A DNA stretch of 62,213 bases, counting the filler, from Basidiobolus meristosporus CBS 931.73 (taxonomy: Eukaryota > Fungi > Basidiobolomycota), in NCBI GenBank assembly GCA_002104905.1. It is 4 parts of 4 records of this genome, joined end to end, with 100 filler letters (N's around TTAATTAATTAA, not from the genome) between each part and the next. Parts side by side here need not be neighbours in the genome. Positions count along the whole stretch, not along the records: positions 29,174 to 53,466 come from MCFE01000952.1; 3 more parts are not named here. One strand, given 5' to 3'. Shown in pieces: positions 36,216 through 48,502 of this stretch; within the stretch, counting starts at the first letter, position 1; each line of letters begins with the position of its first letter. A model generated the notes under the pieces. That model was not told where the DNA came from and searched no databases. It saw nothing but the letters and a program-made list of their open reading frames with translations. Made by a program: the position numbers and the translations under genes.

Positions 36216-39200
36216 TGTTGTAAAAAATTGTATTTCCACCTAAATATTCACCTAACTTAGTCACTTAGATCATCACCTTCAAATCCTAGAGAATACTGAC
36301 CAAATTCCTTGTTGGGATTTACTTAGAATAGTTTCACCAAAATACCAGGTACCCAGAACATGAAAATTCTCAAAGTTGTCCAAACAGCCCCAAACTTTGC
36401 ACACATGTTCTTGGGACCTTCCTTAACCTATTCTACATGTTTGTTATGCCAAGACTAGGTAAAAGTATAAATACTACTTTTACATTCAATAAATCATTAA
36501 GTGAAAACCCCATAATCTATTTGTTCTCCAAATCACTTCCAATATCTCCAAGACTCTTACAACAGGTTATGAGCCCCAAGCTGTCACTCTCTGCAATGTC
36601 TACTACTGCTATTACTGGAATTTTTCCCTCTGCTGAAAAGTTGGATGGATCTAACTACCAAGTGTGGAAGGTGAAGATGAAGATGCTGCTACAAGAAAGA
36701 GGCCTTTGGGATATTGTCATGGGAGAAGAATGCCCTCCTAAAAACATGGGAGAGGAAGCCTTAAAGTACCAGAAGAAATAACAAAGTGCCTTTAACTGCA
36801 TTTGCCTTAATGTCAAGGACAAATTGCTAATTCAATGCTCAAGAGCAAAAACGGCAAAGAATGCCTGGAAGGCATTAGAAGACACCTACCAGTCATGTTC
36901 AGCTGCCAAGAAAATGTATCTGAGACAAAAATTCTTTACTACAAAGATGCTGCCAGGAGAAGAGATGAAAAATCTAATTAACAGAATTACCCTGCTGGTA
37001 GATGAGATGGAATCTGTGGGCGTACCAACTACTGATGAGGATGTGATAGTTACCATCCTGAATAGCCTGACAGACAAGTTTAAGGGCCTTGTATCAGCCC
37101 TAGAGTCCAGAACTGAAGATTTGACCTTAAATTATGTATATGGAAGGCTCCTGGATGAAGAATTAAGTAAATCAAGCGCCAATAAGAAGGAAGAGGAAAA
37201 TGCTTTAATAAGCAATGATAACCAACAAAGGAGGTACCCAAGACCCTACAAAGGCAAAAGCAACCTGTTTTGTAACTACTGCAAAAGGAAAGGACACACA
37301 TCAGACCGGTGTCTCAAAAAGAGAGATTATCAGCAAAAGAATCCTGAATATGGAAATGCTGCAACAACTGAAGATAGACTATTCATATCTGCACTAAATA
37401 TGACCACAAACAAGGATTCTCAGACGTGGTATATTGACTCTGGAGCTTCTCAACACTTAACACACCAAAAAGAACTTTGTACCCAATATCAAGAAATTCC
37501 AATTAAGAAGGTTTTTATGGGTGACAATAGAACACTTGATGCAGTGGGAGAAGGAACTATCCAAGTAAACCTTAGAAGCAGTGAAGGAAGCCATACACTG
37601 ACCTTTAAAGAAGTACTCTATGTACCAGAAATAGCCAAGAACCTACTATCTGTAAGCAAGGCCACAGCAGAAGGACTCAGTTTCAGTTTTGACAATTCTA
37701 GATGCAGGATCACTGATCAAAATGGTGCTCATATTGCTTTGGGCATCAGAGATCAGAATCTATACAAGTTGACTTATATTCCATCATATCTGGAAGCCAA
37801 TATAAGTAACTTAAATGAAGAAACACCAATGCTTTGGCACAGGAGATTTGGGCACATCAATTTTGATTATTTGCGCAAAATGATCAAAGATCAGCTAATT
37901 TCTGGAGTAAAAATTGATCCCCCAGCTAATTTGGAGTACTGTGAAGCCTGCATATATGGGAAACAAGCCAGACAACCGTTCAAGAGCTCTGGGTTAATCA
38001 AAACTAAGAAAAAAATAGATCTAATTCACTCAGATCTGTGTGGACCTATGCAAAATTTATCCTTAGGCGGGATGAAGTATTTGATCACTTTTATTGATGA
38101 TTATACAAGATACACATGGGTCTACTTCATGGAGAGAAAGGAAGAAGCTCTGTCTAAGCTCAGGGAGTTTAAAGCCATGGTGGAGAGAGAAACTGGTGAA
38201 AAAATCAAGAAAATACGCTCTGACAATGGTGGAGAATATACCTCAAAACTCTTCATCCACTTCTGCAAAATTCATGGGATAAAGCAAGAGACTACTGTAC
38301 CATACTCCCCACAGCAAAATGGAGTAGCAGAACGAGCTAACAGATCAATAATTGATATGGCAAGATCTATGATCCATGATCAAAAATTATCCTATGATTT
38401 TTGGGCGGAATCAGTTGCCACTGCTGTATACCTTAAAAATAGGAGTTATAACAGAATACTTCGTGATTCTACTCCATTTGAATCATGGTATGGATACAGA
38501 CCAAGTGCAGAACATCTAAGAATATTTGGGTGCACAGCATATGCCAAAAAACTGGCTGGAAATCAGTCAAAATCTGAGCCAAAAAGTGTAAAATGCATAT
38601 TTTTGGGCTACTGCAATGAGAGTAAGGCATACTGACTCTACAATACCAAAGCAAAGAAGCTTATCAAGTCCAGGGATGTGTTGTTTGATGAAAATTCAAA
38701 ATTTTCACAAAAAATGACATCAGATGATGACAAAAATTTGATCTCAAGTCCACCAATTGTCAGGATTGAATCAGAGCAAAACAATGAAAATTTTTTCACT
38801 CCAGAGGACTCTAAAACCCTGGTTCAGCCAGAATCAGTGCCCAGGAATATCCCAGAAGTGATCATTCCAGTATCAAATGCCTGGAGATCAAATCGGACAA
38901 GAAATAGCCCAAATTACTATATTAATGAGGGTACAAACATAGCCTATGCCTATTCAGTCCATATTGATGAGCCCCAGACTGTAAAAGAGGCCCTAAATAG
39001 CCCTCAGACAAAGTTTTGGAGATCTGCAATGACTCAGGAATATCAGGCCCTAATGGAAAATCAAACATGGGACTTAGTCAAATTATCAATCAACCAAAAA
39101 TCAATTGGATGCAGATGGGTCTTCAAGACAAAATACAAGTCTGATGGTACAATTGAAAGATACAAAGCAAGACTTGTAGCCAAAGGATACTCTCAAACAA

Positions 39201-40898
39201 AAGGACTTGACTATACTGAGACCTTTGTACCGGTAGCCAAGTTTAATTCCATCAGATTAATATTGGCTATTGCAGCCAAATATAAGTTTTTTATTCATCA
39301 AATGGATGTAAAAACTTCATTTTTGAATGGAGAATTTGCTGAGAGTGTGTATATGGACCAGCCTGATGGGTTTGTTGACCAAGATAACCCCCATTTGGTT
39401 TGCAAGCTTAAAAAGTCACTATATGGTCTCAAACAATCACCAAGAGCCTGGAATTGCAAGATAGATTCTTATTTGGAATCTTTGAGTTTCAAAAGGAGTA
39501 ATGCTGACTATAGTATACACTATAAGCCAGATAGAGCAAATCCAGTTCTATTAGCTCTATATGTGGATGATCTTATTATAGCCACCAATAACCTAGAAAC
39601 ATTGGAAGAGACTAAATCCAGCCTATCTAAGGAGTTCAAGATGTCCAATCTAGGAGTACTTAGTTACAACTTAGGGATTAAGTTCTCCATAGACAGAAGT
39701 ACCCAGACTATCACCCTAAGTCAATCCAAGTATATTCAAGATATACTAAAGAAGTACAAAATGGAAGACTGTAAACCAGCAGCTACCCCAATGGAGACAA
39801 ACCTTAACTTGGTCAAAACTCAACCAAATCAAGAGAGCTTGGTGCCATCTGAAAGCCCTGACTTTCCTTATCAATCTATGGTCAGCAGTCTGATGTATAT
39901 CATGCTTGGAACACGTCCAGATATCTCATATTCAGTGGGAGTTGTCAGCCAACATAATCAGAATTATGGATCTGATCATATTGCAGCAGTTAAGCAGATT
40001 TTTAGATACCTAAAGGAACTGCTGATATCTGCTTAAGATATACTTATAAGGATTCAGAACAGGATCTTGTGGGATACTCTGATGCTGATTGGGGACGAAA
40101 TTTAGAAGACAGAAGATCCACCACAGGATACACCTTTCTTCACTGTAAAGGAGCAATATCATGGAATTCAAGAAAGCAACCAACTGTAGCACTTTCCACT
40201 ACAGAGGCAGAGTATATGGCAGCCTGTGAAGCTACAAAAGAAGCAATGTGGTTAAGAAAGCTGTTTACAGATTTAGGCCTATGTCAAAAAACGCCTATTA
40301 CTTTATTTCAAGATAATCAAGGATGTATACAATTAGGTAGAAATCCAACTTTTCATGCTAGAACCAAGCACATAGATATTAGACATCATTTCATACGTGA
40401 AGCTATAGAGAGTGACTTGGCTAGCTTAGCTTACTGTCCTACAGATAATATGATTGCAGACATATTTACCAAACCATTAGCTAGAGACAAGTTTGAATAT
40501 CTTAGGTCAAAATTAGGACTAGTCAGTATGAACATTTAGCTGAGTGGGAGTGTTGTAAAATTTGTATTTCCACCTAAATATTCACCTAACTTAGTCACTT
40601 AGATCATCACCTTCAAATCCTAGAGAATACTGACCAAATTCCTTGTCAGGATTTACTTAGAATAGTTTCACCAAAATACCAGGTACCCAGAACATGAAAA
40701 TTCTCAAAGATGTCCAAACAGCCCCAAACTTTGCACACATGCTCTTGGGACCTTCCTTAACCTATTCTATGTGTTTGTTATGCCAAGACCAGGTAAAAGT
40801 ATAAATACTACTTTTACATTCAATAAATCATTAAGTGAAAACCACATAATCTACTTGTTCTCCAAATCACTTCCAATATCTCCAAGACTCTTACAACA
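36216..40898 (+). mobile_element. Near-intact Ty1/copia retrotransposon with 5-bp TSD TTTAG
   Basis: LTRs 36216-36564 and 40551-40898, PBS GGTTATGAGCCCC 36565-36577, PPT AGTGGGAG 40543-40550, TSD 36211-36215 and 40899-40903. The gag-pol frame is broken only by TAA (~36781), TGA (~38635) and a frameshift at ~40020. Confidence 0.98.
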
Positions 40899-41799
40899 TT
40901 TAGGCCCATATGTTAGTGGGACTACCGTCAGATTTCTGCTGTGATACCATAGGATAGGTGGCAGATTCAGGTTGATGAGAATCAGTAGCCTGCAGCATTT
41001 GCTGGCAGAGTACTTGTTCAGTGAGAATCTATTAAGTGCCAAGGCAAAGGCATGGTCATACATACCTTGAAAATAGCCCTTGCATCTTAGCTGTTTGAAA
41101 TGTTTGCCATCAAGTATGTTGAAAATGTTTGTGCTTGATTGATACAAAGTGCAGTACTTTGTAGTTTCACAATATTTGTTGGACTGCATGAGCTGCTTTA
41201 GATGGGGTATTACTGGAATGTATCCAGCATGTGAACAATGATTTCCTCTGGTAGTGGTGGATTCCTGACAAGTTGGACACTTTGCAATGGTGGGATTCTC
41301 TGATATGAGTGCCATGCTACTGCTAATACATGCCAGTATCAGAATGGTCTCTGGGTCATGTGTTGTCAGCTGCATGATGGTTTTCCATTTGTACCAAGTA
41401 AATAGTATGTTGCATCCTGGAATGATATTAGCAAGAAGTGGCCATAAGCCTTTATAGTCCCCTTTACTAATATTGGTAGAAGTATGCCACTTCTCTAGTG
41501 CCAACATCACATCACTCACCAATAAATAGATTACTGGGCTCACTTGGCTCCATAGTGTATCCGGAGAAGTTTTTTCCACCAGTGTTGTCTCATTGCATAT
41601 TGGGATTTTGTTGGGCTCATGAAAGATACCATTGTGAGGGGAGATATGCTCACAATCCATCAGTGAGCCTACTTTGTCAGAACTATCACTACACAGGCCA
41701 TATTCAAAAAGGCTGAGGCTAGTCAAATGGTTTTACAAACCTACTCAAGTTGGTTTGCGCAAGGTGGTAAGTACAACTGTATGCTCTAATACAAGTATT

Positions 41800-43260
41800 A
41801 AGTGGCCAGCAAGGTATTGTTGGCACTGTAATGACTGATGAATGCTCAACTATGACATATGTAGTAAAGCACTGGCCATGATCCTTGTAATACTTCCTAT
41901 ACTATCTGTGTGCTTCATTGCTGAGAGGCTTGTTACAGAAGCTACACGGTAGTTTTTAGCCACCACAAAGCCACAAGCCTGGGTCAGGTTTTTGGGAGTG
42001 GGCCAGTTGCATATCATTTGTGTCTTGGGGTCTCCAGGTGAACAACCATAAGTGTTGCATCTTTCTCCAACATTGGATATCTCTGATACACCAAAACTAC
42101 TTTTGTCACCACTGCTGGTGGGTCCTGCTTCTTTAATGGCTCCTAATATAGCAACATTGTCAAAGATGTAATCTTAGACAAACTTTCTTACCAGAAGCAT
42201 TACCTCAGTGGTGTCTTGGAGTTTTGGTCCTTTGATGCCTATGTTATTAACAAAGACAGGAAGTTTATCAAATATGAACTGATAGAGCACATTCACCATG
42301 CATCTCTGAAATTGAGCCATGGAGTGTGCAACCCTTGACTGGTCTTATTATCATTAGCAGCCCAGGTGATATCTGGGGTGCAATCATATCTCTTGATGTC
42401 TCAATTAGGGGAATCTGGTTATATCTTGAGTAGAGATCATATGTTGAGTAGATGGAGTGGCCGCTAAAGATTTCTGCAAAGTCATCACTAGATAGAGATA
42501 TTGCAACATCTCTGATAGTGACAGCATTAGCAGGTTACATGTCATGTATGAACCAGAGCTGTCCATTCTTGTTTTTAGTTACATATAATTGGTTGGCATA
42601 AGGTCCATGGCAAGGCTATAGGATACTAACTTCATTCTTCTTCTTGAGTAGGTCATGCACATCGGCATGGAGTCCTCTAGGCAGTGGGTAAGACTTGAAG
42701 GACCAGGGTGTGTGTGGCACTGTACAAAATTTGATTGGTTTTTCAACTGATGCCTTCAAGAGTCCCATTTCCTTGTCACTATAAGTGAGAACCCCATATA
42801 ATAAGATCTCCTCTGGTGCTAGGCTTCCATCACAAATGATAAGTTGCTAAGTCTCTCAGGTGTAAGTCATATATCTCCTGGTGCTTCATCTGGTGGTCTG
42901 ATGTAATCAGCAGGTTGGGATCCATCAGTTAGTGGTGTAAGAGATGGTCTAATCTTCTGGTCAACTGTCTTTTGTTTTGCTTAAACTATTGCTGTATGCT
43001 CCTTTATACCTAATGAGCAGCTCCAAATATTGGGATGTATGTTGTCAGGTTCCTCATCTTCCTCCCTGGCAATGAGTGTTGTCTGGCAAGCAGCATGTGT
43101 CCTCTTGATCCTAGTTGCTACAACACAGCAGGTTGACTGTAGACCTGGGTTGGATCCTTTTATAGTGTAGAAACATTTGGCCAAGTTTCTTGTGGAACCT
43201 TGCATGTAGCATTTCTTAGAGGTCTTTGTATGGTGTCCTTATGCAATTAATACTGTTTGT
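41800..43260 (-). mobile_element. Degenerate RT fragment of a second Ty3/gypsy lineage
   Basis: Manual translation gives TVPHTPW, PCHGPYANQ..KNKNGQLWFIHDM, NAVTIRD, FSGHSIYSTYDLYSRYNQIPL, MAQFQRCM, IGIKGP and NWPTPKN. Stops and frameshifts throughout. Confidence 0.7.
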
Positions 43261-43309
43261 TTGTGGGATGAAAATTCTGTGATGGCCTCTTGACAGGATC
43301 ATCACAATT

Positions 43310-44420
43310 TTTTTGTAGGGCTTCTGGATAAAGTTCTCCATAGATAAAAGTCACAGACTATCACCCTAAGCCAGCTGAAGTATATCAAAGATACACTTAA
43401 GTTGTACCAAATGGAAGAATATAAACCAGTGGGTGTCCCCATTGAGACTAATCTTGACTTTATCAAACTCAACTAAATCAATAGAACTTAGCTCCATCTC
43501 AAAGCTCAGACTTTCCTTACAGATATATGGTTAGCAGTATGGTGTATATCTTGCTGGGCAAATATTCAAGTATTGCATCTTGGGTGGGTATTTTCAGTCA
43601 GCATAATGTGAAGCAAGAGACTGATCATATTGCAGCTGATGAGCATATCTTTAGATACAGGGACTATAGATAAGTATCCCCTGAGAAAGAAAATTGAGAA
43701 AAGGCCAGCAAATACCATCATAGTATCAGCTGAGTTCCAGGTTTCTTAAAACTGACATCTGTAAATATCTTTGCTCTTAGCTGATGGGCAGGCAAGCAAA
43801 CATATCCTCCTGGAGGTGACTAGGCCAACTAGCATCCATACTGAATTTAGTAATTAGCAACCCATCACTTTCATCAAAAATTGCATTTGAAATTTTGAAC
43901 CCAAAACACCAGCTTAATACCATCAGAATTCCATTAGAATACCAGCAGAGTACCAGCTAAAAATCAGATGAATCCCTAGTTTGAGATTTTCATGGGGATC
44001 TATCTAACAATTTGATGTTTGTGGTGCCAAAATGAGACCATATATTGCTTTTTGAGCTTGCAGACCAAATGGTTGTTATCTTGGCCAACAAACCCATCAG
44101 GCTAGTCTATGCTCATAGTCTCCATAAGTTCCTTCTTTGAGAATGCAGTTTTTTCTTCCATCTGATGAATATAAAGCCTATATCTTCAACAATAGCCATT
44201 ATTAGTCTGACGGAACTTAGGTTGGCTACCAGCTCAAATGTCTGATTATAGTCTAGTCCTATTGTTTGAAATGTTCTTAGGCTACAAGTCAAATCATGTA
44301 TCTTTCAATTGCACAATCTGTCTTTTAATTGCACTTAAAGATCAGTAATGTCCAATTTGTTTTAGGTAATTAGTAATCTGGCCAAGTCACAAGCTTGATG
44401 CTTAATACAGGTCTCATAGT
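43310..44420. mobile_element. Scrambled copia RT fragments (+ strand ~43310-43650, - strand ~43980-44420)
   Basis: Local DNA similarity to 39000-40000. Confidence 0.6.
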
Positions 44421-45168
44421 TCACAGGTATTGCAGATCTCCAAACCCATCTGGCGCAATTACAGGCCTCCTCTATGGCCAGGACCATATAAACTAGGCCT
44501 GAAAAGATTTGGCCAAGGCTGTGCCCTCATTGGTATTTTAACTTAGGCTATTTATATGTTTTGAGGTGTTTTATACTTGGTATGAGCTCATTTGGTTTCT
44601 CAATTGGATTAGAATTACATGTATACTGCCACAAATCTTATTTCAAAATATATACCTTTAGCAGCCAATTCTGCCTTGAAATCAAAGTAAAATTTTGATC
44701 TTGGATCATAGATCATACTATTTGAGTAATTAATGTGTTTGCATAAATAGGCACTTCTTTTTCATGCTGAATATATTACAGTAGTATCTAGCCTTGTCCC
44801 CTGAATTTTGCAGAGATGGATGAAAAGCTCTGTTCTGTTGGGCCAATGCATATAGGCAATATAAATACAACTATATATAGTTGATATTAAAGTTGCTAAG
44901 ATATATTATACTATTAGATTCAAGGGTAGCGTTATGAGTTCCATATGCAGAAATATATAATTTTTTAATCCTGTTGAGGGAAATATTTTTATATGGTACA
45001 AAAGCTGTGTTATAAGTATCTATACTAAGAAAACAATAGCATTACCCTCTATGTTATTCCTTGATGTATTAAGATTTAAGCTTAGTCTTGGCAAAAGAAC
45101 TTTGATCTTTTCTCATTTTTAAAAACTTAAACATTTCAAGTAGGCAGTGAAGTGCTCAACCAGCTATC

Positions 45169-47380
45169 TGTTGTAAAAATTTGTAATTCCAACTAATAAT
45201 TCATTTAACTTAAACACATAGATTGTTACATATAGCTCTTAGAGAATACTGGCCAAATTCCTTGTCAGAAGTTACCTGTAATGTTTTCATTGAAAAATCA
45301 GGTAGCCAGGAAATGATAATTAGATAAGTTGTCCAAGCAGCCCCAAGCTTTGAACTCATACTCTTGGGACCTTTCCAAGTTTATTCTAAGCCATGTTAGC
45401 TACTTGCTGTTGCAGAAACCTCCAACATCTCCAAGACTCTGACAAGAGGCTTTGATCCCAAGCTGGTACTCTATGCAATTTCTATTACTGCTGGTATTAG
45501 AGTCTTTCCCCCTGCTGAAAAGTTGGATGGATATTACTGTCAAGTGTGGGAGGTGAAGATGAAGATGCTGCTACAAGAAAGTGGCCTTTGGGATACTGTC
45601 ATGCAAGAATACTGGTCTCCTAAGAATGCGGGAGAGAAAGTCTCAAAGTCCAAGAAGAAAGAACAAAGTACCCTTAACTGCATTTGCTGCAATATTAATG
45701 ACAAATTACTAATTTAATGCTCAAGAGCAAAAACTGCAAAAATGCCTCAAAGTCATTGGAAGACTGATACCAGGCATGTTCAGCTGCTAAGAGAATGTAT
45801 CTTAGACAAAACTTTTTCATTACCTGGATGCTGCCAGGAGAAGGAATGAGATATCTGATCAACATAATTACTCTGCTGGTGAATGAGATGGAATCTGTGG
45901 ACATAAACACTACTGATAAGGATGAAATAGCTGCAATCTTGAATAGCCAAATTTTTCACAAAAAATGTCATTAGATAATGGCATAAATCCCATTTCAAAT
46001 CCACCAATAGTAGGAATAGCATTAGAGCAAAGCTATGAGAATTCTGTCACTCTGGAGGAATTTACAACTGAGGTTCAGCCTGAATCAATGCCTATGAATG
46101 TGCCAAAAGTGGACATTATAGTACTACTACCCAAGAGATCCAACCATATTAGAAATAGATAAATTATCACATTGATGAGGGTACAAACCTAAGCTTGACC
46201 TATTCAGTCCATATTGATGAGCTCCAGACTGTAAGAAATGCCCTATATAGTCCTCAGTCAAAGTTTTCAAGATCTAAAATGACTGAAGACTATCTGGCCC
46301 TGATGGAAAAGCAAACTTGGGACTTAATCTTATTACCAATCAACCAAAAATCAATTAGATGTAGATAGGTCTTCAATAAGAATACAAGGCTGATGATATA
46401 GCTGAAAGATACTCAACAAGACTTGTGGCCAAAGTATATTTTCAAACCAAAGGACTTGACTACCCTGAGACCTTTGCACTGATAGCCAAGTTTAATTCTA
46501 TCAGAAATATTGGCTATTTCTGGCAAGTATAAATTTTTGATACATCACATGTATGTAAAAGCATGATATTTGAATTGAGAACTTGATGATGGCATGTACA
46601 TGGACCAGCCTAATAGGTTTGCTGACTAGGAAACCCCCATTTGGTCTGCAAGCTTAATAAGTTTCTACATGGACTCAAATAATCACCAAGAGCCTGGAAT
46701 TGCACAATGGGATCATAAATGGAATCTTAGAGCTTCCAGAGGAGTACAGCTGACTGTGGCATATAAAATAAGCCAGATAAAGCAAGTCCAATTCTATTAG
46801 CTGTATATGTGGATAATCTTAATATAGGCACCAATAACCTATAAACATTTGAAGAGACTAACTTGAGCTTATCTAAGGAGCTCAAGATATCCAATCTGGG
46901 AGAACTCAGTTGCTACTTGGGGATAAGGTGCTACATAGAGGTAAGTACCTGGAATGTTGCCCTAAGCCAATCCATGTATATTGAAGATATACAAAAGAAG
47001 TACCATGTGTAAGAATATTAACCAATAGCTACCCAAATGGAGTTAAACCTTAGCTTAGTCAGAACACAACCATATCTAGAGTGCCTGGTGCCATCTAAAA
47101 GCCCTGACTCTCCTTATCAATCTATGATTAGCAGTCTGATTTATATCATGCTTTAAACACATCCAGATATCTCATATTCAGTGTGAGTAGTCAGCCAGCA
47201 CAATTGTAACTATGAATCTGATCTTACCATAGCAGTTAAGCAGATTATTAGATACCAAAAGAGAAGGGCTAACATCTGCTTAAGGTACACCTATGAGGAT
47301 TCAGAACAAGATCAAGTGGGATCCTCTGATACCAATTGGTGACAAAACTTAGAAAACATACAATCAACCAAAGAATACAA
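45169..47380 (+). mobile_element. Internally deleted, decayed copia (LTR 45169-45447, gag start, jump at ~45950 to late integrase/RT)
   Basis: Family LTR start TGTTGTAAAAAT, degenerate PBS and WEVKMKMLLQESGLWD. Protease and integrase core are missing. No 3' LTR. Confidence 0.8.
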
Positions 47381-47480
47381 CCTGTTGTAATATACCACTT
47401 GAGTGTTCAAGTTAGATCAGTTTTTAGTCAAATCAACTAGCTATATGCTTAGCCTATCAGTATATCAGTGTTATCTATCA

Positions 47481-48500
47481 ATGCAGCCTAACATGATCCA
47501 CATCTCTGACTGGTGGTAGGCTTACAAGTTCATCTGAATATTCCTTCAAAAGAGTATGGACCTTCTGGGGTACTGGAGTAGAGGAATCATCCTGTCATAC
47601 TGCCATGAGGAACATCTGAGTGCCTTTTCCAAGTGCTCTACAGAACTGTATCTTGCTAAGCTCACTTGTCTCACACACACTGGAATTGACCATGTTAAAA
47701 TCCAGTCTGGCAGGTAATAGCTCATAGGTCTTGTTGTCATTCTGGATCTGAGCAGCATGCGTTCACCAGTTGATTGATGGATTACAACACATAGCCAGGT
47801 TTTTCCAAGTACAAGGTCAAACTTGCAGTTCCCAAATATATAGGCCTGTAGATCTTCTTTGTAGTCATTGATTTTCATCCTTACTGGCAGAGTAATATGG
47901 TTGATTATGTGAGAGTTCACATCAGCTGTTGAGATTGAAGTTGATTTGGTGGGTTCCAAGCTGAATCCAGCTTTCAAAGCAAAGTGCTCTGACATGTACT
48001 CATGCAATGCTCAGGAGTCAGTCATGAACTTTGCAGGTACTCCATTGATTGCTCCATACAAATGTTATAGCTTTCCTGAGTTTGAGGTCATCTTGGAGAG
48101 GTATTCTGCAGTTGTACGGAAGGTGGGTTCTGAGTCTTATTGAGGTTGATCCTCCATGTTACTATGCTCATGGGCTTCAATGTGGCTGAAGGTTCTTTAT
48201 GGCTAATGTCCATTTCTTATACAAGGGCAGTACTTTGCAATATGTCCCTGCTGGTGGCAATAAAGTATAGTCCTTTCTTCTTACATTCCTCTGAGATAGG
48301 ATTCTTCAGCATAGCATCTATTTCCATTGGCACTGCTTCTGATTGTCCTCATTCATGATTATTGTAGCTTCTCTGATTAGTCATTGTGCACTTTCCAACA
48401 CTAAACATAGCTGAATCATTGTCAATGGCAATCTTGATGGCTTCTTCAATAGTCTGGGGTCTTCAATAATTCACTTCCTTGCAAGTGATATGGTCTGCTG
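47481..48500 (-). mobile_element. Inverted ~1-kb gag-end/protease fragment of the adjacent gypsy family
   Basis: Reverse-complement homologue of ~49405-50428. ORF 47546-48007 parallels 49589-50272. A partial LTR-like copy lies at 47383-47480. Confidence 0.85.
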
Positions 48501-48502
48501 CT

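Larger units (their letters stand above)
34100..41730 (-). mobile_element. Degenerate CACTA/EnSpm-type (Tnp2-like) transposase relic, split by the copia at 36216-40898
   Basis: Ordered motifs CPTC..YIPVIPHLK, LILINLNLPP..GPK, GDTPNISK..HNGQYCCxMC, APMNI..W..W and HSLPHL...GP...FPM, as in fungal Tnp2-family transposases. No terminal inverted repeats identified. Confidence 0.7.

Noticed and set aside
36216-40898. RIP as the cause of TE decay
   Set aside because: The informative mismatches are CG to TG/CA. No excess of CpA to TpA or mass TAA/TAG creation is evident in the near-intact element.
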